A stretch of DNA of 64,000 bases from Candidatus Cloacimonadales bacterium (GTDB taxonomy: Bacteria; Cloacimonadota; Cloacimonadia; Cloacimonadales; JAFGVF01), in the NCBI GenBank assembly GCA_963663475.2, contig CAXXJV010000001.1:576001-640000 (forward strand), written 5' to 3'. Positions 43,460-53,253 of the stretch are shown in pieces. The notes beneath the pieces are model-generated. The model saw only the letters and a list, made by a program, of their open reading frames with translations, was not told the DNA's origin and made no database searches. The position numbers were made by a program, and so were the translations under genes. Each line of letters starts with the position of its first letter. Positions within the stretch are counted from its first letter, which is position 1.

Positions 43460-44492
43460 AGTTAAAAAGCTTACTGATTACAGTAAGTATTCTGGCTGAG
43501 GAGCTAAACTAAGTCCAGAGGTTCTGGACCGTGCTCTTGCAGGTATGGAGCAAGGCAATTATCCTAACTTGCTACTTGATTATTCTCACGCTGAAGATGC
43601 TGGTGTTTATAAAGTTAGTGATGATTTAGCTATTGTGCAAACACTTGATTTCTTTCCTCCTATAGTAGACGAAGCTTATCAGTTCGGACAGATTGCTGCT
43701 TGTAATGCACTTTCTGATATCTACGCTATGGGAGCTTGCCCTAAAACAGCTATGAGTATTGTCTGTTTCCCTGATGATACACTTGACATAACTATCCTTA
43801 GAGAAATTATGCAAGGTGCTTTGTCTATCTTAAAAGAAGCAGAAACAGCTTTAGTTGGAGGACATAGTATTAGTGACAGTGATATCAAATTTGGACTTTC
43901 AGTTACTGGTTTTGTTAACCCTAATAAGATTATCAAGAATAATAGTCCTCGCGATAAGGATCTTATCATCGTAACGAAACCAATTGGCACAGGTATCATC
44001 AACACTGTTCTCAAGGCCGATATGGCCTCACCAGAGCTAGTAAACTTAGCAGTCAAGTACATGACTCAGCTAAACAGGAAGGCAGCTGAGATAGCCCAAA
44101 ACTATGATATTTCATGTGGAACTGATATAACTGGTTTTGGATTGTTAGGCCATTTAGTGGAAATGATTCAAGATTCACAGCTAGGAGCTCTAATAGAATA
44201 TAAAAAAGTAGCTATACTACCGGAAGTACTAGACTTTGCTAAGATGGGTTTAGTTCCTGCGGGCACCTATAATAATAAGAATTACAGAAGCTGTTATATC
44301 AATGATATTGAAAAGCTTCCTCAAGAAGAAATAGATATATTATTTGATCCTCAGACTTCTGGAGGATTACTTTATGGAGTAAAAGCTGACCAAGCTGAGG
44401 CTATGCTTAAAGAATTATTAGAAGCGGGAATTGATGCATATATATGTGGAGAATTTAGTAAAGATATTAATAAAATTGAGGTAAAATTCTAA
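43443..44492 (+). CDS. selD: Selenide, water dikinase; selenocysteine-containing (UGA at codon 19), 349 aa
   Basis: ATG 43443 is in frame with the 43545 ORF: MDLKDKVKKLTDYSKYSG-U(TGA 43497-43499)-GAKLSPEVL. Also EDAGVY, DFFPPIVD, NALSDIYAMG, TDITGFGLLGH, DPQTSGGLL. Confidence 0.95.
43501..43536 (+). promoter_or_regulatory. Bacterial SECIS element of selD
   Basis: GTCCAGA-GGT-TCTGGAC (43513-43529) starts 13 nt after the UGA; lower GAGC/GCTC pairing. Confidence 0.8.
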
Positions 44493-44737
44493 TGGATTTT
44501 GTTATTACTTTTACATCTTCTCACCTTGCCATGTCTGCTAATAAAATTCTCAGTAAGCAAGAATATAAAAGCGAGGTGATTCCAACCCCCAGAGAAATTA
44601 GCTCTGAATGTGGTTTCGCCCTGCTTATTCAGGTGGAAAATGAGGAGACTTTAAACTTGTATTTTAAAGAAAAAAAGATAGTATATGATAAGATATATTT
44701 AAAGAGAGGAGATTTTTATGAAGATTGTAGATGGTAG
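44492..44737 (+). CDS. DUF3343 family protein
   Basis: ITFTSSHLAM...IPTPREISSECG. Confidence 0.88.
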   Translation: MDFVITFTSSHLAMSANKILSKQEYKSEVIPTPREISSECGFALLIQVENEETLNLYFKEKKIVYDKIYLKRGDFYEDCRW

Positions 44738-45347
44738 AAAATTAGCCTGTCCTAAGCCTGTATTACTAACTAAAGATGCTATTAGTAATCCTGAGACTAA
44801 GCAAGTTGAGGTTATTGTTGATAATAAGGCTGCTTTAGAAAATGTAAAAAGATTTTTAACTAATTTTGGCTTTGAAGTAGAAAAAGTAACTACTCATACC
44901 ATAAATGATAAGGCAGAATTCAGAATAACTGGCAATAGAGTTAATTCTGATCAAGATGAAACTAAGTTTGACGCTAATGACTATCCTTGTCCTATTCCGC
45001 AACCTTCACCTAAAGGTAAGACTATTTTTATTAAAAGTCAGTATTTAGGTCTAGGAGATGATGAATTAGGAGCCCTTTTAATGAAGGCCTTTATTTACAC
45101 ACTTAATGAAGTAGATAAGCTTCCAGAGAGAATCTTATTTATGAATTCAGGGGTGAAGCTTTGCTTAAAAGATGCAATAACCTTAGAAAACTTGCAGAAA
45201 TTAGAAGCTAAAGGAGTTGATATCTTAGTGTGTGGTACTTGTTTAGACTTCTTTGGTGTTTCTGAAGAACTTAGAGTTGGTAAAATATCTAATATGTATG
45301 ATATAGCAGGTTCTTTAACTAGTGATCCTTCGGTAGTTACTATTTAG
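44718..45347 (+). CDS. yedF: Selenium metabolism protein YedF (SirA/TusA + DsrE-like)
   Basis: DGRKLACPKPV...DNKAALENV; GDDELGALLMKAF; MNSGVKL; CGTCLDFF; SNMYDI. Confidence 0.9.
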   Translation: MKIVDGRKLACPKPVLLTKDAISNPETKQVEVIVDNKAALENVKRFLTNFGFEVEKVTTHTINDKAEFRITGNRVNSDQDETKFDANDYPCPIPQPSPKGKTIFIKSQYLGLGDDELGALLMKAFIYTLNEVDKLPERILFMNSGVKLCLKDAITLENLQKLEAKGVDILVCGTCLDFFGVSEELRVGKISNMYDIAGSLTSDPSVVTI

Positions 45348-47694
45348 ATTTTTTACTAGATTTCTTCTTATATTCTGCAGCTCTGAGAAGTACTTGAGTA
45401 AGCTTGTTGATACTAATAGGTTTACTTAAGTAGTCATTCATGCCAGACTCAAGATACTTAGTTTCATCTTCAGTCTTGGCATTAGCTGTTACTGCTACGA
45501 TATAGGGTTGTTTTATTTGGGAAGCATCTCTAATAATTTTCATAGCTGTAACACCATCCATGATAGGCATTTCAATATCCATGAGGACTACATCAAATTG
45601 CTTATTAAGAGCTATTTGATGTGCCTCTTCCCCATTACTTACCAATTGGGGTTTATAGCCTAACTTGTCCATAATAGTCATAATAAGTTTTTGGTTAATC
45701 TTATTATCTTCTGCTATCAATATTTCCAAGGGTTGCTTGCGGGCAAATGCTTTATCAATACTGTATGACTTCTTGTTTTCTTTGATAGACTTTTTAATAT
45801 TCTTAGAAGCTGGAGCTAATTTTAGCTCTACAATAAAAGTTGATCCTTGCCCATATTTACTTTTAACAGAGACACGTCCTTGCATAGCATCTACTAATCT
45901 CCTAACAATAGCTAAACCTAGGCCTGTACCTCCCCTTTGACTTGTTACAGATGACTTAGTTTGAGTGAAAGGATCAAACAATCTCTTGATTTCTTTTTGC
46001 TTAATTCCAATTCCTGTATCTTTAACAGAAATCCTGTAATTATCATTATCATCTAATTTCTCAAAGGTAACAGTAATGCCACCTTGATCTGTGAACTTTA
46101 CAGCATTATATATTATATTGAGAAGAATTTGCTTAATCCTAGTCTTATCTCCATGAAAGTAATTCTTTTCTGTTTTATCATAAGCAAATTTTAGGTAAAG
46201 ATCTTTTTCTCTAGATCTGGATATTACAATTGTTTCTATCTCATTAAAGAGATCAATCATGGAAAAATCAGATTTTGATAGTTTAAAGTTAGTAGATTCT
46301 AATTTTGAAAAATCTAAGACATCGTTGATTACTTCTAAAAGGGTATCTCCAGATATTTTAATTGAGTTAACATAATCCTCTTGTTCATCACTTAAAGAAG
46401 TATCTCTAAGTAATTCTGTCATACCTAAGATACCATTGAGAGGTGTTCTTATTTCATGGCTCATTGTAGCCAAGAACTGGCTTTTAGCAATGTTAGCAGC
46501 CTCTGCTTTTTCAGTCTCTAGTTTTAATTTATTCTGGAATTCAATGAATTTAGTAACATCTCGAGAGATAATAGAAATCCCAACTATTTTACCATTACTA
46601 ACTATAGGACTGGTAGATAATTCTCGATAAGACGTATTCTTAGCCTTATCAACTTTAATAGTCTTACTATCAGCAGAACCTGTAAATGCTCCTTCAATAA
46701 ATTCCCTATGGGCTTCTAGTTTAGAAGAGTCCTTATTCTGATATAGATTCATCCCTATTTCGATCTTAAATCCATATTCTTCTTGAAGATGTTTTTGGTA
46801 AGACTTATTAAAATAAACGACATTTCCATTGATATCTAAAGAGATAATCATTTCATCAATACTCTCAAGTAGGTTGTTTAAATAGAGTTTAGTAGTGTTA
46901 AGTTCAGTATGGGTCTTAATCTCATCATCAATATCTCTATAAATAGCATAAAGACCATTAGTACCATCAGGAAATTTTAGTTTAGTACTAATGAGAGATA
47001 CATTTATAGGATGACCATCCTTATGTAATCTGATAAGATTTAACTTAATTGTATCATGATATTCTAAATCTCTGTTTATCTGCCTTCCCTCTTCCCTATC
47101 TTGCTCAGAGCATAGATAGTCATCAATTGACTTACCGATTAATTCTCTTTTAGTATAGCCAAAAATATTTGTGAACATAGGATTTATATTGATAACAATA
47201 CCTTCAGCAGTAGTTAAGGCAATAGCTTCAGGTGCATTTTCAAAAAGAGTTTGAAAGAGGACTTCTTGTTTGGCTAAACGATCTTCTATTGCTTGATTTT
47301 TTATAGCTGTTCTTGCATGTTCAATTATAGAATTGATTGCAATTGGAAGTCTATAAGAATATTGGGCATTACTTAAACTATAATCCTTAACCCCTAAAGA
47401 TAATAAAATTTTGACATCATCCATTCTAGATCGTTCAACAAAGGCAAAAATTGGGATATTGAATTCTTCTGAAGAAAGAAGTTTAACTATTTCAAAACTA
47501 ATTTCCCATTGAATATTGCAATAGAGAATAGCCAAATCAATTTCTTGGGTATTTACTATCTTTTTAAGTGTATTCCAATTGTTTGCACTGTAAGCAAGGC
47601 TATCAGGAAGATCTTGCTTAAGTCTCTGAACTGCATCTTCTAAATCTTGTTGAGATTGATGAATAATCAAAATTTTATAATTTTCTCTTTTCAT
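45340..47694 (-). CDS. Hybrid sensor kinase (pseudo-REC, PAS, PAS, HisKA, HATPase, REC)
   Basis: [36 protein letters not shown]...LMDIEMP...KP. Confidence 0.92.
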   Translation of the reverse strand: MKRENYKILIIHQSQQDLEDAVQRLKQDLPDSLAYSANNWNTLKKIVNTQEIDLAILYCNIQWEISFEIVKLLSSEEFNIPIFAFVERSRMDDVKILLSLGVKDYSLSNAQYSYRLPIAINSIIEHARTAIKNQAIEDRLAKQEVLFQTLFENAPEAIALTTAEGIVININPMFTNIFGYTKRELIGKSIDDYLCSEQDREEGRQINRDLEYHDTIKLNLIRLHKDGHPINVSLISTKLKFPDGTNGLYAIYRDIDDEIKTHTELNTTKLYLNNLLESIDEMIISLDINGNVVYFNKSYQKHLQEEYGFKIEIGMNLYQNKDSSKLEAHREFIEGAFTGSADSKTIKVDKAKNTSYRELSTSPIVSNGKIVGISIISRDVTKFIEFQNKLKLETEKAEAANIAKSQFLATMSHEIRTPLNGILGMTELLRDTSLSDEQEDYVNSIKISGDTLLEVINDVLDFSKLESTNFKLSKSDFSMIDLFNEIETIVISRSREKDLYLKFAYDKTEKNYFHGDKTRIKQILLNIIYNAVKFTDQGGITVTFEKLDDNDNYRISVKDTGIGIKQKEIKRLFDPFTQTKSSVTSQRGGTGLGLAIVRRLVDAMQGRVSVKSKYGQGSTFIVELKLAPASKNIKKSIKENKKSYSIDKAFARKQPLEILIAEDNKINQKLIMTIMDKLGYKPQLVSNGEEAHQIALNKQFDVVLMDIEMPIMDGVTAMKIIRDASQIKQPYIVAVTANAKTEDETKYLESGMNDYLSKPISINKLTQVLLRAAEYKKKSSKKSK

Positions 47695-47796
47695 ATTGTA
47701 AAAAAATACTATATTATAATTTTAGTCAAACTAAAAAATAATTAATTTTATTTAATAGCTTGAATATTAAAGAAAAATAACTGACGAGGAAAAGAA

Positions 47797-48717
47797 ATGA
47801 AGAAATTAATGGTTATATTATCTTTAGCTATACTTGTTCTTGCAGCCTGTCATAATGACAAACAAGAAGCTAAAAAGTATTATGTAAGTATCTTACCCCA
47901 AAAGTTCTTTGTAGAAAAAATTGTAGAAGACAAATTTGAGATTGCAGTACTAGTTAAACCTGGAGAAAGTCCAGCTACCTATGAACCAACAACCAAACAG
48001 ATGATTGATTTAAGTAAAACAAAAGCCCTCTTCTCAATTGGAGTTCCCTTTGAACAGACTATTATTCCAAAACTTAAAGAACAATATCCTAACTTGGAAA
48101 TTATTGCTACTGATAAAGGTATTAACAAGCACAGTCCTGAAAGTTTTGTAGATTTGTTTCATGACAGTCATTCACATCATGAACATGAAGTCCTAGAAAA
48201 TAAGCATGAGCATGGCCATAAGCATGAAGGACTTGATCCTCATATCTGGCTTAGTCCAAAATTAGTTCAGCAACAAGTCAGAAATATTGCAGATTACTTC
48301 ATCTCGACTTATCCACAAGATGCAGACTTCTTTGCAGACAATAGGGATAAATTTATCAAAGAATTAGAAGCTGTTTCTCAAGAAATCAAGGATATTTTTG
48401 CTAATAATGAAAATAGAGAATTTCTCTGTTTTCACCCAGCTTGGGGTTATTTTGCAGATGATTTTGATTTAAAGCAAATTCCTATTGAAATTGAAGGTAA
48501 AGAACCTACTCCGCAAGAGCAAAAAAGAATTATGGAATTTGCTAAAGACAAAGGAATTAAGTTTATTTTTGTTCAAGCCCAATTTGATCAGAAAATTGCT
48601 CAATCAATAGCTGAAGAAATTGGTGGATCTGTAATTTTGATTGACCCTTTAGCTCAAGATTATTTAAGTAACTTAAAAAATATCGCTAGCAAAATAGCAG
48701 AAAGTATGGAGCAATGA
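47797..48717 (+). CDS. znuA: Zn/Mn ABC transporter substrate-binding lipoprotein
   Basis: Lipobox LAAC, His-rich loop, DPHIWLSP, HPAWGYF. Confidence 0.9.
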   Translation: MKKLMVILSLAILVLAACHNDKQEAKKYYVSILPQKFFVEKIVEDKFEIAVLVKPGESPATYEPTTKQMIDLSKTKALFSIGVPFEQTIIPKLKEQYPNLEIIATDKGINKHSPESFVDLFHDSHSHHEHEVLENKHEHGHKHEGLDPHIWLSPKLVQQQVRNIADYFISTYPQDADFFADNRDKFIKELEAVSQEIKDIFANNENREFLCFHPAWGYFADDFDLKQIPIEIEGKEPTPQEQKRIMEFAKDKGIKFIFVQAQFDQKIAQSIAEEIGGSVILIDPLAQDYLSNLKNIASKIAESMEQ

Positions 48718-49442
48718 AGATAATAGAATTTAACAATGTGTATTTTAACTATGATAACAGCCCTACCTTGGTTGATATCTCTTTTTCGGTAGAGAAAAAT
48801 GATTTTGTGGCTATTGTAGGTCCTAATGGAGGAGGTAAATCTACCCTTCTCAAATTAATTTTAGCTCAGATAGTCCCTTCTCAAGGGACTCTGACTGTTT
48901 TTGGAGATAAGAACTATAAATCATTAGAGAAGATTGGCTATGTTCCTCAGTTCACAACTCATCAGCATGATTTTCCCTTAAAGTTGATTGATATGGTTTT
49001 ACAAAGTAAGTTAAGAAGTAATTCTTTTTTCACTCATTACAGCAAGCAAGACAAAGAGAATGCTATTAATATCTTAAATATGCTAGGAATAGCTGATTTT
49101 AAAGATAAATTTCTTTCAGAACTCTCTGGAGGCCAACGGCAACGTGCCTTAATAGCCAGAGCCTTACTTGATAAGCCTGAAATTTTGATTTTAGATGAGC
49201 CAACTGCCTCTGTAGATATATCAGTTGAACAAGACATTTACGATATTTTGAGAGATTTAAACAAGGATATGACAATCTTACTAGTTACTCATGATGTAAG
49301 CTTTGTTTCTAAATATGTTAATAAAGTATTTTGCGTTAATAGATATCTTCATTCCCATAAACTTGATGATCTTACAGAAAAGGATGCTCAAGAAGTTTAT
49401 AACCAATCAATGAAGATGATAAAACATCAGTGTGGATTATAA
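48714..49442 (+). CDS. znuC: Zn/Mn ABC transporter ATPase
   Basis: GPNGGGKST, LSGGQRQR, LDEPT. Confidence 0.9.
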   Translation: MKIIEFNNVYFNYDNSPTLVDISFSVEKNDFVAIVGPNGGGKSTLLKLILAQIVPSQGTLTVFGDKNYKSLEKIGYVPQFTTHQHDFPLKLIDMVLQSKLRSNSFFTHYSKQDKENAINILNMLGIADFKDKFLSELSGGQRQRALIARALLDKPEILILDEPTASVDISVEQDIYDILRDLNKDMTILLVTHDVSFVSKYVNKVFCVNRYLHSHKLDDLTEKDAQEVYNQSMKMIKHQCGL

Positions 49443-49444
49443 TT

Positions 49445-50248
49445 ATGGATTTTTTCACTTCTCTTTTTACTGTTTCATTTCTTAGAAATGCCCTCTTAGC
49501 AGGCTTGCTAGCAAGTATAGTTTGCGGGGTTACTGGTTCCTTTGTTGTTGTAAAAAGAATTTCTTTCGTTAGTGGAGCTATAGCCCACTCAGTATTAGGA
49601 GGAATTGGGATAGCTTATTTCTTAAACTTCTCCCCTACTTTAGGTGCCTTTATTTTTGCAGTTTTAGCAGCTATCTTGATAAGTATAATTAAACAGAGAA
49701 AAAAGCAAAATGAAGATACTGTACTTAGTGCTTTTTGGGCTGTTGGCATGGCCATAGGTATAATCTTTATGTCTATGACCCCTGGTTATAACTCTAACCT
49801 CATGACTTATCTTTTTGGTAATATCTTATTAGTTACTAATACAGACCTAATATCTCTAGTAATATTAGTCTTGGTAATTCTATCTACAGTTATCATATTT
49901 TATCGTCAATTTGTGGCCATGATATTCGACGAAGAGTTTGCCCGTTTAAAGAAAATTAAGGTAAACTTACTCTATACACTTCTCCTAATCCTAATCTCTC
50001 TAAGTGTAGTAATTCTAATCAGAGTTGTGGGTATAATCCTTGTCATTGCCCTACTTACACTGCCTGCAGCTATCTCTCGTCTGTTTAATAGATCTATTGG
50101 AGGGATGATGTTATGGGCTTCAGTCTTAGGATTAGTCTTTACCTTTTTAGGATTATGGTTTTCTTATCTCTTAAATCTGCCTACAGGTTCAGTAATAATC
50201 GTTTTAGCTGGTATAAGCTATATAACTGGAGCACTTATCAAGAATTAA
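49445..50248 (+). CDS. znuB: Zn/Mn ABC transporter permease
   Basis: Multiple TMs; AIAHSVLGG, YLFGNIL, FDEEFA; start taken at ATG 49445. Confidence 0.9.
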   Translation: MDFFTSLFTVSFLRNALLAGLLASIVCGVTGSFVVVKRISFVSGAIAHSVLGGIGIAYFLNFSPTLGAFIFAVLAAILISIIKQRKKQNEDTVLSAFWAVGMAIGIIFMSMTPGYNSNLMTYLFGNILLVTNTDLISLVILVLVILSTVIIFYRQFVAMIFDEEFARLKKIKVNLLYTLLLILISLSVVILIRVVGIILVIALLTLPAAISRLFNRSIGGMMLWASVLGLVFTFLGLWFSYLLNLPTGSVIIVLAGISYITGALIKN

Positions 50249-50280
50249 CTGGTCAGGTGAATTCTTGCGGTATGAGTTTA

Positions 50281-50445
50281 ACGCAGATAGTGTTGTAGAG
50301 CTTTAGAGAAGAGTGCAAATTCCTGTAGAAAAATAGCTTGCAGAATTCTGAAGCATATAATATATATATATTCGGAAGAATTATGTAAGTTACTTTTGCA
50401 AAAGAATATTCTGCTATTCTCAAAGATCTATTGCATTATTTGGGT
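50281..50445 (+). mobile_element. MITE-like element, full-length copy B (165 bp), flanked by TTA...TTA
   Basis: ACGCAGATAGTG...CATTATTTGGGT; colinear with 3386-3550; abuts the comM stop codon. Confidence 0.7.
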
Positions 50446-51990
50446 TTAACCCCAAAAAGACTTCTCTAAACTCCTATATTGTATAGATTCTGAGATATGC
50501 TGAGCTTTAATATTCTCACTACCTTCCAAATCTGCTACAGTGCGAGCCACCTTTAAGATTCTATCATAAACTCTTGCTGAATAGCCCCTCTTTTCTATGG
50601 TTAACTTAAGAAGTTGATTACTGTCTTCATCTAACTGACAATAAATTCTAGTATGTTTAGGATTCATTTGAGCATTACAAAAGATTGAATCATCTTTAAA
50701 TCTTTTTAATTGAATCTGTCTAGCCTTATTAACTCTAGCTCTAATATCTTTAGAGTATTCACCATCAGGAATTCCTCCTAAATCTTTGTAGGGAACTGCT
50801 GGTACTTCTATATGCAGATCAATTCTATCAAGAAGGGGGCCTGAGACTCTTGCCCTATAACGCTGGATCATATTGCCAGTACAGGTACATTCATGACCAG
50901 GAATATTGCAATTAAAGTAACCACAGGGACAGGGGTTCATAGAGGTTACTAAGATGAATTTGGCAGGAAAGTTAAGACTCTGACTAGCTCTGGAAACTGT
51001 CACAATTCCATCTTCGAGTGGCTGCCTTAATACTTCTAATACTGATTTCTTGAATTCTGGAAGCTCGTCCAGAAAGAGAACTCCATTGTGAGACAAGGAG
51101 ACTTCACCAGGTTTAGGGTAAGTTCCTCCTCCAATTAAGGCAACATCACTAGTTGTATGATGAGGAGACCTGTAAGGACGGTTAACAACAATCCCATTTC
51201 TTTTATTTGTTGGGACCCCAGCCACAGAGTGAATCTTAGTTGTTTCTAAAGCCTCATCTAAGGATAAATCTGGAAGAATAGTAGCAAATCTTTTAGCTAG
51301 CATAGTTTTTCCTGAACCAGGAGGACCAACCATTAGTATGTTATGACCTCCAGCTGCAGAGACTTCTAATGCTCTCTTAACATGGTATTGTCCTTTCACA
51401 TCATGCATATCTATCTCTGATTCATTCAAAGAGGAAAAAATCTTTTTAATATCAAGAATAAATGGAGAAATTTCCACCTTTCCTTCTAAGAAGGATATTG
51501 CCTTTACAAGTGAATGAACAGGTATCACGTCTAAATCTTGAACAATAGCTGCTTCACTTGCATTTTCAAAAGGAAGAATAATGCCTTTTAATTTATCTTT
51601 TTTAGCTTCTAAAGCTATGGGTAGTGTTCCCTTTATTGGTTTGACAGTTCCATCCAGAGATAGTTCGCCCATAATTGCGTAATCCAGAGCATAAGGTACT
51701 TTTATTGTTTTATAAGACATAAGAAGAGCAATAGCAATTGAAAGGTCTAAAGTTGAACCATCTTTTTTTAGATCAGCTGGTGCTAGATTTATAATCTTTG
51801 TTCCTGCTTTGTTCTGATAGCCAGAGTTTGCTATAGCGGAACTAACTCTCTCTTTACTTTCCTTAACGCTATTTGAGGGCATTCCTACCATAATTGTAGG
51901 TCCTGATAACTTACCGTAGTGATCTACTTCTACTTCAATCTTATGAGCATCAATTCCTAGTGTTGTATAGGAAATAGTTTTCCCTAACAT
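50446..51990 (-). CDS. comM: YifB/ComM Mg-chelatase-like AAA+ ATPase
   Basis: INLAPADLKK, GELSLDG, GPPGSGKT, PGEVSLSHNGVLFLDE, NPCPCG, SGPLLDRID; ATG 51990 after GGAGG. Confidence 0.93.
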   Translation of the reverse strand: MLGKTISYTTLGIDAHKIEVEVDHYGKLSGPTIMVGMPSNSVKESKERVSSAIANSGYQNKAGTKIINLAPADLKKDGSTLDLSIAIALLMSYKTIKVPYALDYAIMGELSLDGTVKPIKGTLPIALEAKKDKLKGIILPFENASEAAIVQDLDVIPVHSLVKAISFLEGKVEISPFILDIKKIFSSLNESEIDMHDVKGQYHVKRALEVSAAGGHNILMVGPPGSGKTMLAKRFATILPDLSLDEALETTKIHSVAGVPTNKRNGIVVNRPYRSPHHTTSDVALIGGGTYPKPGEVSLSHNGVLFLDELPEFKKSVLEVLRQPLEDGIVTVSRASQSLNFPAKFILVTSMNPCPCGYFNCNIPGHECTCTGNMIQRYRARVSGPLLDRIDLHIEVPAVPYKDLGGIPDGEYSKDIRARVNKARQIQLKRFKDDSIFCNAQMNPKHTRIYCQLDEDSNQLLKLTIEKRGYSARVYDRILKVARTVADLEGSENIKAQHISESIQYRSLEKSFWG

Positions 51991-52361
51991 AATAACCTCC
52001 ATTTAACTTATAAATTCAAGATATTATCTTACTTGTAGGTTGTCAATATATATTTGCTAAATTCATATAAATAGCCAACTAATGCAACACTAATATTTTA
52101 ATAACTAAAGCCTTTTCTAGGTTAATAAGCATTTTGACCTATTAGGACTTAGGAAACATACAAGGGGGATTAAGGAAAGAAAAGACTTAGTATTTCTACC
52201 TGACAGGAAATTGTGGATAATTACACCTTTCAGATTAGCTACTAATATGTTTTTGAGTCCTTTAAAGCAAGAAATTTTTGGTATTTAGATTTTTTTCTTG
52301 CCATAATTGTTACTTTAATTTTTTTGTCATAGTTGAGATAAAAAAAATAAAAGAGGACTTT

Positions 52362-52922
52362 ATGGCTTCAACTTCTGATATCCGTAATGGAATGATTATA
52401 GAATGGAAAAATGGAATTTACGAATTTGTTGAATTCCTACATGTTAAACCTGGTAAAGGTGCGGCATTTGTTAGATCTAAACTTAGAAATGTTAGAACAG
52501 GACAAGTTGTTGAAAACACCTTTAGAACAAGTGAAACTTTTAATGAGATAAGAATTGAAAAGAGTAAGAAAGAATATTTATATAGAGATGGTGATTTCTA
52601 TGTTCTTATGGATTTAGATAACTATGAGATGATGAATGTTCATGCTGATGTAATGGAAAAATATGCAAAATTCTTAAAAGAGAATATGCAGATTACCATC
52701 AAGACTACACCAGATAATGAGATTATAGATTTAGAATTACCTGTTTATGTTATTCAAGAGATTGCTGAGTGCGAACCTAACATAAAGGGAAATACAGCTT
52801 CAGGATCTGGAAAAGTAGCTACAACAGAAACTGGTTTAAGAATCATGGTACCTTTCTTTGTTGAACAAGGAGAGAAAATCAAGATTGATACAAGAACTGG
52901 TGAATACATAGAGAGAGCTTAA
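52362..52922 (+). CDS. efp: Elongation factor P
   Basis: HVKPGKGAAFVR, ETGL...VPFFV...DTRTGEYIERA; start at ATG 52362 after GAGG. Confidence 0.96.
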   Translation: MASTSDIRNGMIIEWKNGIYEFVEFLHVKPGKGAAFVRSKLRNVRTGQVVENTFRTSETFNEIRIEKSKKEYLYRDGDFYVLMDLDNYEMMNVHADVMEKYAKFLKENMQITIKTTPDNEIIDLELPVYVIQEIAECEPNIKGNTASGSGKVATTETGLRIMVPFFVEQGEKIKIDTRTGEYIERA

Positions 52923-52956
52923 TAAACCGATAATAAGATATCCTTAGGAGGAATAA

Positions 52957-53169
52957 ATGGCAAAAGGAAAAGCATTTGCAGCAAAACTTGCTCACGAACT
53001 TTCAACTGAAGGTAAAGTGATGTGTCCTGTTTGTAACCAAGAAGTAAAGAAAGTAAAATTAGTTAGAGCCAGAAACAGCAAAGGTAACACCTGGGCACCA
53101 AAATATCAATTCGTTAGCATGTGTAAGTGCAATGAAAAAGATATTATGGCTGGAAAAATTAACGCTTAA
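52957..53169 (+). CDS. Small basic Zn-ribbon protein (possible bL38/DUF4295-like)
   Basis: AGGAGG RBS; 70 aa, Lys-rich; CPVC...CKC; follows efp and precedes a terminator. Confidence 0.75.
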   Translation: MAKGKAFAAKLAHELSTEGKVMCPVCNQEVKKVKLVRARNSKGNTWAPKYQFVSMCKCNEKDIMAGKINA

Positions 53170-53187
53170 TTTGAATTGATTTATAAT

Positions 53188-53225
53188 AATCCCTGTGCCA
53201 CAATACTAGTACAGGGATTTTTTTT
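53188..53225 (+). terminator. Intrinsic terminator
   Basis: AATCCCTGTGC...GTACAGGGATT followed by a T run. Confidence 0.8.
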
Positions 53226-53253
53226 AAATTCTTGTTTTTAGAAGGAGATTTAA

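Noticed and set aside
52212-52220. Perfect DnaA box (TGTGGATAA), also at 15068-15076, as an oriC signal
   Set aside because: Isolated boxes with no cluster and no adjacent dnaA; plausible by chance in AT-rich DNA.
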